Counted from the stretch's first letter, positions 1 to 7,029 are shown. The stretch: DNA of 39,031 bases from a virus (IMGVR_UViG_3300030095_001135:1-39031), one strand, 5' to 3'. A program made the numbers and translations. The notes: generated by a model not told the origin, from the letters alone.

Positions 1-313
1 CTATATCGATTGTTTCTACTACCCCTGCTGCTCTGGTTGTTATCTCCAGTGTGAAGGGATCTCCAGCGGTGTGGAGAGTAAAGATTGAATCTGTATCTAC
101 TATTCCTCCAGAACTTGAAGAAGTGTGATTTATATTCTCTCCAGTCCATTTAGAATATACCCCTCCAAAAACCTCTGTCTCTATCGTTTCTTCGATATCG
201 ACTTGAGTCACTGTAGTCGATTGCATCGATCCTTGAGTGAACTGAGGCGTAATTGGATTTGCCTTTGCAGCAACTGGAGTTAACAGGAGCAAAAGTAATA
301 ACCATTTTTTCAT
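1..313 (-). CDS. Secreted/periplasmic cyanophage hypothetical protein, 3'-truncated by window edge
   Basis: Hand-translated, not in ORF track: MKKWLLLLLLLTPVAAKANPITPQFTQGSMQSTTVTQ..., open to base 1. It has a Sec signal peptide (AKA cleavage site), and its ATG overlaps the TGA of 310..654. The PxFTQGSM motif is recalled from cyanophage hypotheticals. Confidence 0.8.
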   Translation of the reverse strand, partial: MKKWLLLLLLLTPVAAKANPITPQFTQGSMQSTTVTQVDIEETIETEVFGGVYSKWTGENINHTSSSSGGIVDTDSIFTLHTAGDPFTLEITTRAAGVVETIDI

Positions 314-654
314 ACTTTTGTTACCTTCTTAGTATCCACTCCTTCAATCTTAATAGGAGTTTCTATTATTATAGTTTGTGTAGCACCACTAGATTTATCT
401 TTATGTTCCTTCTTCTTGGCTGTATCAATCCCAAAGGTAGCTAGGGCTGAAGTAAAAACGAAAGTTATGAAAGTTATATCATTATTCTTTTCCTCAGTCA
501 TACCAGGCAAAGGTAAATAATTTAGACTAATGATAAATCCAGACCAAACAACTACGCCAAGGCGTACAAATGTACCAAGGATCTGAATCTGTTGTTCCTG
601 ATCCTCTATTCCACTTTTAATCTTTTCTATAAGATTTTTCTTATCCTCAGTCAT
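310..654 (-). CDS. Two-TM membrane protein (conserved cyanophage hypothetical, possibly holin-like)
   Basis: 114 aa with two hydrophobic segments (ILGTFVRLGVVVWSGFIISL; ITFITFVFTSALATFGI) and charged termini. Confidence 0.75.
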   Translation of the reverse strand: MTEDKKNLIEKIKSGIEDQEQQIQILGTFVRLGVVVWSGFIISLNYLPLPGMTEEKNNDITFITFVFTSALATFGIDTAKKKEHKDKSSGATQTIIIETPIKIEGVDTKKVTKV

Positions 655-772
655 GCCTTTTAAATCAAAAAAACAACAAGGTTATCTCTATGCTAACAAA
701 CCTAATGTTGCACAAAAGTTTGCAAAGCACTCAAAAAGTGCAAAAATGAACAAAGGTTATAAAACTAAGTAA
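653..772 (+). CDS. Small basic phage protein (MPFKS-type)
   Basis: Hand-translated 39 aa: MPFKSKKQQGYLYANKPNVAQKFAKHSKSAKMNKGYKTK. The MPFKSxxQ...AN.P..A pattern is common in small phage ORFs. Its stop abuts the next ATG at 773. Confidence 0.7.
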   Translation: MPFKSKKQQGYLYANKPNVAQKFAKHSKSAKMNKGYKTK

Positions 773-967
773 ATGTCTGAAAAACTCTATGACCCTTCAG
801 GTAATGATATTACCGAGAAGGTTAAAAAAGCTCATAAGGAACAGGATACAGGCGTAACAAAGGTTAAAGTAAAAAACCCAAATCCAGTTATAAAGATTCC
901 TGTGCAGAAGTATAAGAAGCCAAAGGGCCGTGACTGGGGCGAAGCCTCTCAAAGAACTGGCCCATAA
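773..967 (+). CDS. Hypothetical lysine-rich protein
   Basis: 64-aa ORF directly abutting the upstream ORF. Confidence 0.6.
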   Translation: MSEKLYDPSGNDITEKVKKAHKEQDTGVTKVKVKNPNPVIKIPVQKYKKPKGRDWGEASQRTGP

Positions 968-1001
968 TTAAGCTATAATTCTTACGCATACTATTACCGC
1001 T

Positions 1002-1163
1002 ATGGTCCTTCTAATCAAGCCTGTTCTGCTTGCGTTTGTTAAATCAGACTCAGTTAAAAAGCTCATCATTGATCTGCTTAAAAAACTTGTGTCTACCACT
1101 GACAACACCATAGATGACCAAGCGGTTAATTTAATCGAAAAGAACCTATTCCCAAAAAAGTAA
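1002..1163 (+). CDS. Conserved small cyanopodovirus protein upstream of terS (TDNxIDD motif)
   Basis: Hand-translated 53 aa: MVLLIKPVLLAFVKSDSVKKLIIDLLKKLVSTTDNTIDDQAVNLIEKNLFPKK. TATAAT at 974-979 lies upstream. Confidence 0.8.
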   Translation: MVLLIKPVLLAFVKSDSVKKLIIDLLKKLVSTTDNTIDDQAVNLIEKNLFPKK

Positions 1164-1165
1164 CT

Positions 1166-1196
1166 GAGCTTTACGTTTCTCCTTGGAGTAAAGCTC
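1166..1196. other. Intergenic hairpin
   Basis: GAGCTTTAC (1166-1174) / GTAAAGCTC (1188-1196), a perfect 9-bp inverted repeat with no clear U-tract. Confidence 0.5.
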
Positions 1197-1229
1197 TAAT
1201 AAAATACAACAAGAAATTAGAACAAGAAC

Positions 1230-1484
1230 ATGGCTAGACGCAAAGCACAAGGAATGGCCACTGAGAATGAGCTTCAGGCTCTTCATAGGTTGGTAGCAAA
1301 CAAATTAGTTGATCAGCTTAATTCTGATAACGTTAAAGCTTCCGACCTAGCCAACGCTATAAAATTCCTTAAAGACCAAGGCATTACCCTTGATAAGAAT
1401 GGTGACATGTCTGCTATTGGTGAAATGATTGAATCTCTTCCAGAGATCGATATGTCCAAGGTTAAATCTTATATAAGTGCCTAA
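1230..1484 (+). CDS. terS: Terminase small subunit (T7 gp18-like)
   Basis: 84 aa; ATE.EL..LH and ASDL.NAIKFLKDQGIT pattern; overlaps the terL start. Confidence 0.85.
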   Translation: MARRKAQGMATENELQALHRLVANKLVDQLNSDNVKASDLANAIKFLKDQGITLDKNGDMSAIGEMIESLPEIDMSKVKSYISA

Positions 1485-3225
1485 TGCTAATCAAAAACAA
1501 ATTATTAAGGAAGCGATCAGTAGCTTTCCAGTTTTTGCTACTCATCTCTGGCACTTTCTAAGATTACCTAATCCAACTCCTGTCCAGTACCAATTAGCTG
1601 ACTACCTACAGAATGGTCCTAACCGTAGAATTATCATGGCCTATAGAGGCTGTGGTAAATCATTCCTAACAGCAGGTTATGTCCTCTGGAGGCTAAGAAA
1701 AAACCCTGACACGAAGGTTTTAGTTATATCGGCAGCTCAGGACCGTGCAGACGCTTTTAGCGTGTTCTGCCATGACCTACTTAGAAACTGGTTTATGGTT
1801 CAGGATCTCTTCCCTAGTGACACTCAGAGGTTCTCTAAGGTTGCTTTTGATGTATTTGGCTCTAAGCCCGATCAAAGCCCCTCAGTGCGCTCTAGTGGCA
1901 TCTTTGGACAGATCACAGGGTCTAGGGCAGATCTGATCGTTGCAGACGACGTAGAGACTCCCCAGAGCTGTGAAACGCAACTCATAAGAGATAAGCTTCG
2001 AGAAAGTATTAAAGAGTTTGATTCAGTTATAAAACCTGGTGGCCAAATAGTTTTCCTTGGTACTCCTCATACACAAGACAGTATTTACGCAAAATTAGAA
2101 CTAGCTGGCTATACACCAAGAATTTGGCCAGCGTTATACCCTACTGCAGCTAAACGTAAGAACTACTACGGAAATCGTTTAGCTCCTAAAATTACTTCCC
2201 AACTTGATGATGATAAATCTTTAGCTGGACACCCTACAGATCCACAAAGATTTGATTGGGATGAGCTGGAGGCTCGAAAGGAATCCATAGGTAGATCCAC
2301 GTTTAACCTCCAGTTCTTACTCGATATTAGCCTATCTGATGAAGAGAAATACCCTCTAAAACTCCAAGATCTATGCGTATTTAGACTCAATCGTGAACAA
2401 GGACCAGATAAAGTAATCTGGAGTGCTAATGGTGATAAAGCTTTAGACCTTCCTTCTGTTGGTCTTCACGGTGATCTCTTTTACAAACCTGGACAGATCG
2501 GGTCTGAATTTATTGAGTACACGGGGGTTGTACTCGCTATTGACCCTTCTGGAAAAGGAAGTGATGAACTTGGCTATGCGATAGTTTCCTACTTGAATGG
2601 TAATCTCTTCCTCCTTGCTTCTGGTGGTCTTAGGGGTGGTTACAGCGAAGTTAATCTTAAAAAACTCACCCTCCTTGCGAAGGAATATAAGGTCAAACAA
2701 ATATTGGTCGAAAGTAACCTTGGACTCGGTATGTTCAGTGAGCTTCTTAAAAGATACCTTGGAACCATCTACCCATGCTCTATCGAAGAGGTCAGACATA
2801 CAAAACAAAAAGAACTCAGGATTATTGAGACTCTTGAACCAGTCATGAACCAACACAGGCTCATGGTTGACACTGACATAATCGCTAAAGATATTGCCTC
2901 CACTGAGTGCTATCCAGGAGAAACTAGATCTCAATACCAACTCTTTTGGCAGATGACCAGAATTTCCAAAGAGAAAAATGCAATCAGACATGATGACCGA
3001 CTAGATTCTTTAGCTATGGCTGTTGCGTACTTTACAGAAAATATGGCTCAAACTGAACAAAAAGCAATAAAAGCTAGACAAGTTGAACAGTGGGAACTAG
3101 AACGTAAATTTATTCAAGGTGAAGGTGGTTTAAATGTAGGTGTACTTGGTTACGCAAAGACTCTAGAAGACCTTCAGAAGGCTTCCAGTGCGTCTTTAGG
3201 TACTGCTAACTGGTTAGATATGTAA
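1477..3225 (+). CDS. terL: Terminase large subunit (T7 gp19-like)
   Basis: Walker A AYRGCGKS, GQITGSRADLIVADDVE, LGTP, nuclease IDPSGKGSDE and HDDRLD. Confidence 0.97.
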   Translation: MPNANQKQIIKEAISSFPVFATHLWHFLRLPNPTPVQYQLADYLQNGPNRRIIMAYRGCGKSFLTAGYVLWRLRKNPDTKVLVISAAQDRADAFSVFCHDLLRNWFMVQDLFPSDTQRFSKVAFDVFGSKPDQSPSVRSSGIFGQITGSRADLIVADDVETPQSCETQLIRDKLRESIKEFDSVIKPGGQIVFLGTPHTQDSIYAKLELAGYTPRIWPALYPTAAKRKNYYGNRLAPKITSQLDDDKSLAGHPTDPQRFDWDELEARKESIGRSTFNLQFLLDISLSDEEKYPLKLQDLCVFRLNREQGPDKVIWSANGDKALDLPSVGLHGDLFYKPGQIGSEFIEYTGVVLAIDPSGKGSDELGYAIVSYLNGNLFLLASGGLRGGYSEVNLKKLTLLAKEYKVKQILVESNLGLGMFSELLKRYLGTIYPCSIEEVRHTKQKELRIIETLEPVMNQHRLMVDTDIIAKDIASTECYPGETRSQYQLFWQMTRISKEKNAIRHDDRLDSLAMAVAYFTENMAQTEQKAIKARQVEQWELERKFIQGEGGLNVGVLGYAKTLEDLQKASSASLGTANWLDM

Positions 3226-3405
3226 AACGTAGTTTCAAGCCCCTTCTAGAGGCTTGTGGTACAAAGTCGTAGAAGGTGGGACTCTCTGGTTTCTGTACCA
3301 AAAGAACGGCATAAAAGTACTTCTTATTATATAATATATATATAATTACTCTAGAGTTAACTCTAAAAATAACTCTCTACTGTTGTTCTTTAAGTAACTA
3401 TAATA

Positions 3406-3651
3406 ATGACTAGAAATTACAGGAAAGAATACGATAATTATCAAGGTAACCCTGATCAAATTGCTAATAGGAGTAGTCGGAACTCGGCTAGACGTAGAAA
3501 ACAGAAGGAGTTAGGTTATAAACTTAGCTCTAAACAGCATGTTGATCATAAAAATGGTAATCCAAAGGACAATAGCTCCAGTAATCTTGTTATTAGATCT
3601 CAAAGTGCTAATACTTCAGACAATAAACAAAGTAAAAGACGTAGAAAATGA
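3406..3651 (+). CDS. HNH endonuclease-like protein next to terminase
   Basis: RNYRKEY N-terminus and VDHKNGNPKDNSSSNL HNH motif. Confidence 0.8.
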   Translation: MTRNYRKEYDNYQGNPDQIANRSSRNSARRRKQKELGYKLSSKQHVDHKNGNPKDNSSSNLVIRSQSANTSDNKQSKRRRK

Positions 3652-3737
3652 CCTTAGCTGACTTCTTTGCTTGGTTATTATTGGCTGGTGAGGTTGTTTT
3701 AATCGTAAAACTCTGGTCAAAACTAGGTATTTACTAG
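3648..3737 (+). CDS. 29-aa single-TM peptide
   Basis: MTLADFFAWLLLAGEVVLIVKLWSKLGIY; ATGA overlap with the HNH stop. Confidence 0.5.
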   Translation: MTLADFFAWLLLAGEVVLIVKLWSKLGIY

Positions 3738-3837
3738 CTCAAAATTATTTTGTTGCTAATTTTTGAGCACAAGTCGTTATGGACGGGAGGCGATTGTCCC
3801 CCTGCCTACCATAAAACGCCATTATATACCGGCTTTT

Positions 3838-3861
3838 GTGGACAGTTTGCCGACTGTCATA
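3838..3861. promoter_or_regulatory. GACA-N10-TGTC palindrome, copy 1
   Basis: GTGGACAGTTTGCCGACTGTCATA; its reverse complement shares CAAACTGTCCAC with copy 2. Confidence 0.6.
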
Positions 3862-3904
3862 GGGTATGTCCATAGTGATACAAAGAAAATGGGAGGGTAG
3901 CTAT

Positions 3905-3919
3905 TGAGAATCGCTCTCA
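3905..3919. promoter_or_regulatory. Fur-box-like 7-1-7 palindrome, copy 1
   Basis: TGAGAAT-C-GCTCTCA, preceded by TAT as in the other copies. Confidence 0.5.
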
Positions 3920-3996
3920 TTTATTTTTTTTTATATACACGACCAAGTCCAAGACTTAGAGGGTTGATGTATAAGTAGAACTTATCTATTAGTGGT

Positions 3997-4025
3997 CTTG
4001 CCTTATCAGTAGTATGCGATACCTT
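3997..4025 (+). promoter_or_regulatory. Putative sigma70-type early promoter
   Basis: CTTGCCT-N11-TGCGA-TACCTT; same architecture as 8167-8195. Confidence 0.55.
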
Positions 4026-4082
4026 AGAGGTTGAGCACTAACACTACCAGTAGTGCTTCCCGTATCCTTTACTCTATTCACT

Positions 4083-4550
4083 ATGACTTTTGACACTGAA
4101 GAACAAATCAACCGACGTCGGATACCTTCTGACGCTTGGCTAACTAATGCTTGGATGCTTCAACTTGCTGGTCAAGATCCTAAAGACTCTTATATGACTT
4201 TGTTTGTTTCAACTGATTTGAACAAGGTCCAGGAGCTTTACCACAAATGGCCAGAAATGGCAGGCTGTAGGCTTAGGATTATTAACCACAATAAGAGAGT
4301 ATATAAGAACTTTATGAAGTGGTTTAAATGGGATCATTGCAATTCATTTGTAGACAGTAGAACCACTTATCATTTTGAACAGAATTATCAAAATGTTTAT
4401 GAAACTGTCATGAATAAGAAAGTAAATACCATTGATGCTTCATTCGTTACGATATCTAATGAAGCCAAGAGAACATTCTTTAATAAATTTATTGAAAGAA
4501 TGGCTGATGCTGTTAAACCTAAATTAAAACTAATTAAGGGAGGCTTATAA
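4083..4550 (+). CDS. Early hypothetical protein
   Basis: ORF track gives 4053..4550; ATG 4083 (MTFDTEE) is preferred over the GTG inside the leader hairpin. Confidence 0.7.
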   Translation: MTFDTEEQINRRRIPSDAWLTNAWMLQLAGQDPKDSYMTLFVSTDLNKVQELYHKWPEMAGCRLRIINHNKRVYKNFMKWFKWDHCNSFVDSRTTYHFEQNYQNVYETVMNKKVNTIDASFVTISNEAKRTFFNKFIERMADAVKPKLKLIKGGL

Positions 4551-4551
4551 A

Positions 4552-4665
4552 ATGCACAAGATGAATCCTTACTATTTTATTTACAACTCTGATGGTATTT
4601 GCGTAGGCTTTAATCCTTATGAAGAGCCATTCATTGAAATAGAAGAGCCTGAAGAAGATGACTAG
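4552..4665 (+). CDS. 37-aa early protein with acidic C-terminus
   Basis: MHKMNPYYFIYNSDGICVGFNPYEEPFIEIEEPEEDD; GGGAGG Shine-Dalgarno just upstream. Confidence 0.6.
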   Translation: MHKMNPYYFIYNSDGICVGFNPYEEPFIEIEEPEEDD

Positions 4666-4732
4666 TTTTATTCTCTTATTCTGTTTAGTTATTCTTTTAT
4701 ATATCTTCTTAAAGAATATAAAAGCATACTAA
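4658..4732 (+). CDS. 24-aa membrane peptide
   Basis: MTSFILLFCLVILLYIFLKNIKAY; overlaps the previous stop; one TM helix followed by basic residues. Confidence 0.55.
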   Translation: MTSFILLFCLVILLYIFLKNIKAY

Positions 4733-4748
4733 CTAACCAGTAGTAACA

Positions 4749-4789
4749 AGCTTAGAACTAACTTAATCAATGAGTTAGTTCTAGCTTTT
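4749..4789 (+). terminator. Long hairpin (terminator or RNase III-type site)
   Basis: TAGAACTAACTTA-ATCAA-TGAGTTAGTTCTA, a 13-bp stem with one G:U, followed by GCTTTT. Confidence 0.55.
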
Positions 4790-4818
4790 AATGTCAACTT
4801 TTATTTAATCCTTTACCA

Positions 4819-5445
4819 ATGTTTTTAATTAATCATGATAGTCCTGGAGTGTCTAACATTCTTGGGACTTATGCACTAGCTACAACTAGTGAATGCAATC
4901 AGGGCTCAAGCTGGTATAAATTAGCCTATACAATAGCTTTGGATATTGCAGTTAAATATACTGTATCTGTTGAGAATGTAGCCTTTGTTATTGCTGCTCT
5001 ATCGCCTTCTAATAGGTGGGAAAGAAACTTAATAGATGCTGAGAACTTTATAAGATTATATGCAGTTGGTGAGCCTGAAGACTGTCTTAGTTTAAATGTC
5101 TGTACTTATCCAAACAATAAGAAGAAAGCTTTAAACATATTACAAGCTAGAACAAATAAGGATAAGTTAACCATTCTAAAAGGTCCTAAGATTACAGAAT
5201 TTTATAAATGTATTATTGGAGATAAGAAAGAATGCTGTATAGATGGTCATGCTTATTCTATCTGGTTAGGTGAAAGAATAAAGTTAAAAGATGTACCTTC
5301 TATTAGTAAGAAACTAAGAGGAATAATAAAAGATGATTATCAACAGGCTACACATATAATAAATACAGATTTAGAACTTAAGTATTTAGTAAGTGATATT
5401 CAAGCCATTACTTGGGTAACTCATAGGAGAATGTATGAGATATAA
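4819..5445 (+). CDS. Conserved phage early protein, possibly HhH-glycosylase-like fold
   Basis: 208 aa; WY...IAALSP...W..N, GPK..F, IDGHA and QAITWV motifs of a widespread phage family. Confidence 0.75.
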   Translation: MFLINHDSPGVSNILGTYALATTSECNQGSSWYKLAYTIALDIAVKYTVSVENVAFVIAALSPSNRWERNLIDAENFIRLYAVGEPEDCLSLNVCTYPNNKKKALNILQARTNKDKLTILKGPKITEFYKCIIGDKKECCIDGHAYSIWLGERIKLKDVPSISKKLRGIIKDDYQQATHIINTDLELKYLVSDIQAITWVTHRRMYEI

Positions 5446-5524
5446 TTACAGAAGATTGTATTACTTATCATATATAATCTTTCCTCTATTGTTATTTATT
5501 ATATGTGAAATACTTACAGATTAA
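5435..5524 (+). CDS. 29-aa membrane peptide
   Basis: MRYNYRRLYYLSYIIFPLLLFIICEILTD; AGGAGA SD upstream; ends just before a terminator. Confidence 0.5.
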   Translation: MRYNYRRLYYLSYIIFPLLLFIICEILTD

Positions 5525-5531
5525 TAACACT

Positions 5532-5558
5532 TAGGGCTGCTAACTGCGGCCCTATTTT
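5532..5558 (+). terminator. Rho-independent terminator
   Basis: TAGGGCTGC-TAACT-GCGGCCCTA-TTTT. Confidence 0.75.
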
Positions 5559-5570
5559 ATATATAGTTAT

Positions 5571-5590
5571 TGAGAATGAATCTCATTATC
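5571..5590. promoter_or_regulatory. Fur-box-like palindrome, copy 2
   Basis: TGAGAAT-G-AATCTCA-TTATC; 5572-5590 matches the E. coli Fur consensus GATAATGATAATCATTATC at 15/19. Confidence 0.6.
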
Positions 5591-5593
5591 AGG

Positions 5594-5617
5594 TGTGACA
5601 CTTACCAAACTGTCCAC
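5594..5617. promoter_or_regulatory. GACA-N10-TGTC palindrome, copy 2
   Basis: TGTGACACTTACCAAACTGTCCAC, sandwiched between two Fur-like boxes. Confidence 0.6.
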
Positions 5618-5629
5618 TCTTATTGTTAT

Positions 5630-5644
5630 TGAGAATCATTCTCA
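5630..5644. promoter_or_regulatory. Fur-box-like palindrome, copy 3
   Basis: Perfect 7-1-7 TGAGAAT-C-ATTCTCA. Confidence 0.6.
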
Positions 5645-5743
5645 TCTGTCTCAAGATTTCCAAAGCTTTCGGAAATCGTGATAGTAGTCCAAGCGCCCAA
5701 CAGATTTAGTATGCTTTAAACTATAAGAGACATTAAAGGTCAA

Positions 5744-6172
5744 ATGACACAGCCTACCTTAACAACAAGAGACAGATTCTACGCACCACTCAGGAAGATG
5801 GCTAGTGACTACCTACCACTGCTCCTAGGTCGTATGAGAATACTAGAGGATAGGGCAGAGATAGCTATGGAGTTCCTGGACCATGAGGGGGATGAAGAAC
5901 ACGAAGTGCTTTGGGGTCTTGAGGGTGCTGAGAGGGTAGCGGCAGTAGCAGAAGCTCAGAGAGACTTACATAAATCAGTACTGGAAGCAGGAACATGCCA
6001 ACAATTAGTCCACGCATTTGGAGATCTATTACAAGAAGATTACAGAAAGATCCGTGATAATGGATGTTATTATGTAGGACCAGACGGTAAACGACATTCA
6101 TTATACGATGTCCAGCAGCAACCTCCAGACAGTGATAAGAGAGGCGGTAACGAAGGAGTCAGAAGTGGATAG
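5744..6172 (+). CDS. Early hypothetical protein
   Basis: 142-aa helical-looking ORF with AAAGGT upstream. Confidence 0.7.
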   Translation: MTQPTLTTRDRFYAPLRKMASDYLPLLLGRMRILEDRAEIAMEFLDHEGDEEHEVLWGLEGAERVAAVAEAQRDLHKSVLEAGTCQQLVHAFGDLLQEDYRKIRDNGCYYVGPDGKRHSLYDVQQQPPDSDKRGGNEGVRSG

Positions 6173-6326
6173 CTTACTTAGTGAACTTAGACAGATAGAC
6201 CGCATAGCAAAGAAGAATAACTGGACAAAAGAGGAAGAAGAAAATGCCAAATCTAGGCTCATTAACGACTGGAAAGATAGTGAGCATGAACGTCATCATC
6301 ATATGCATTTAAAAAAGCCCTCATAA
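6108..6326 (+). CDS. Early hypothetical protein
   Basis: 72-aa charged ORF with a His-rich end; stops inside the terminator. Confidence 0.6.
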   Translation: MSSSNLQTVIREAVTKESEVDSLLSELRQIDRIAKKNNWTKEEEENAKSRLINDWKDSEHERHHHMHLKKPS

Positions 6327-6340
6327 AGAGAGCTTTTTGT
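6311..6340. terminator. Bidirectional terminator between convergent units
   Basis: AAAAAAGCCCTC-ATAAA-GAGAGCTTTTT, with A/T tracts on both sides; the stem is cleaner (G:U) on the minus strand. Confidence 0.75.
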
Positions 6341-6349
6341 TTGGGTTAG

Positions 6350-6394
6350 TTAGCGTCTGTAGTATGCGACGCCACGGTAAGTTAGTTTTACCAT
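6350..6394 (-). CDS. 14-aa DUF4278-like downstream peptide
   Basis: MVKLTYRGVAYYRR; the LTYRGV.Y motif lies directly downstream of the riboswitch. Confidence 0.8.
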   Translation of the reverse strand: MVKLTYRGVAYYRR

Positions 6395-6407
6395 GAGTAG
6401 GTTCCTG

Positions 6408-6466
6408 TTACCACAGCCCCGTTTCATGCTGTGACTACCTGCGCCTCAGTTAAGAGGTAAACGGAC
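6408..6466 (-). ncRNA. Downstream-peptide RNA (glutamine-II riboswitch)
   Basis: Minus-strand RNA CCGUUUA-CCUC-UUAACU-GAGG-CGCAG-GUAGU-CACAGC-AUG-AAACGG-G-GCUGUG. It gives P1 CCGUUU/AAACGG, P2 CCUC/GAGG, conserved CGCA and pseudoknot CACAGC/GCUGUG, followed by the YRG peptide. Confidence 0.85.
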
Positions 6467-6475
6467 GTAGGAATA

Positions 6476-6643
6476 CTACCAAATGTTAGGGATCAATTGA
6501 CCAGTGACTATGTAGCTTCCTAAAGCGGCCACTACACCAATCATAGCAAGTCTGCCATTTAATAGTTCAGCATCTTCATTAAGAGAATTAGCTTCTATGG
6601 CTCTTACTTGTGGTTCCTTTTGGATAACTTGAGTGTCATTCAT
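6476..6643 (-). CDS. hli: High-light inducible protein
   Basis: Hand-translated 55 aa: MNDTQVIQKEPQVRAIEANSLNEDAELLNGRLAMIGVVAALGSYIVTGQLIPNIW; AExxNGRxAMIG and TGQxIPxxW motifs. Confidence 0.95.
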   Translation of the reverse strand: MNDTQVIQKEPQVRAIEANSLNEDAELLNGRLAMIGVVAALGSYIVTGQLIPNIW

Positions 6644-6645
6644 GG

Positions 6646-7005
6646 TTAGAACTTGTACTTGGCTCCAATTTTGGTTCCATATGCAGTGTCAGCAGTATCA
6701 TCAGTTACGAATGAAACTTCTCCGTATACATCTAACTTCTCAGTAGCTGCGATTTTAACACCACTTTTACCTGAGAAATCAGTTGTACCATCTACTCCAT
6801 CAGCAGCTTGAAGTGCTGGACCACCTTGAATGTAGTATCCAAGTTGACCTGCTTTACCTTCATATCCGATATGTAGATCAGTTCTTGTAGACGTATAATC
6901 ACTACCTGTATACTTTGCTTTTGACTCAGCATTTACATAGACACCAGCAAGGGCAGGAGCTGTACCTATACCTAGCAGGGCAGCTAGAGCGATTGCGAAC
7001 TTCAT
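6646..7005 (-). CDS. Small outer-membrane beta-barrel-like protein (picocyanobacterial type)
   Basis: Start MKFAIALAALL at 7005 is preferred to 7029. It has a signal peptide ending ALA, amphipathic beta strands and a C-terminal GAKYKF beta-signal. Confidence 0.8.
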   Translation of the reverse strand: MKFAIALAALLGIGTAPALAGVYVNAESKAKYTGSDYTSTRTDLHIGYEGKAGQLGYYIQGGPALQAADGVDGTTDFSGKSGVKIAATEKLDVYGEVSFVTDDTADTAYGTKIGAKYKF

Positions 7006-7029
7006 AAATAGTAATAAAAGTATAGGCAT

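Larger units (their letters stand above)
3738..4030. other. Non-coding late/early junction; probable genome terminus or collapsed terminal repeat
   Basis: ORF-free stretch between packaging genes and early genes, where T7-like genomes have their ends. Contains hairpin 3737-3768, a long T run near 3924 and regulatory palindromes. Confidence 0.5.

Noticed and set aside
253-444. + strand 63-aa ORF
   Set aside because: Antisense shadow of two better-supported minus-strand genes.
1745-2991. Alternative-frame and antisense ORFs inside terL, and likewise those inside primase, polymerase, RNR, scaffold, capsid, gp11, gp12, gp15 and tail fibre
   Set aside because: Fully nested in conserved genes, with no motifs or initiation signals.
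5655-5677. GATTTCC/GGAAATC hairpin as a terminator
   Set aside because: No U-tract; function unclear.
5865-6101. Minus-strand 78-aa ORF
   Set aside because: Antisense to 5744..6172 and downstream of the terminator that closes the minus-strand cassette.
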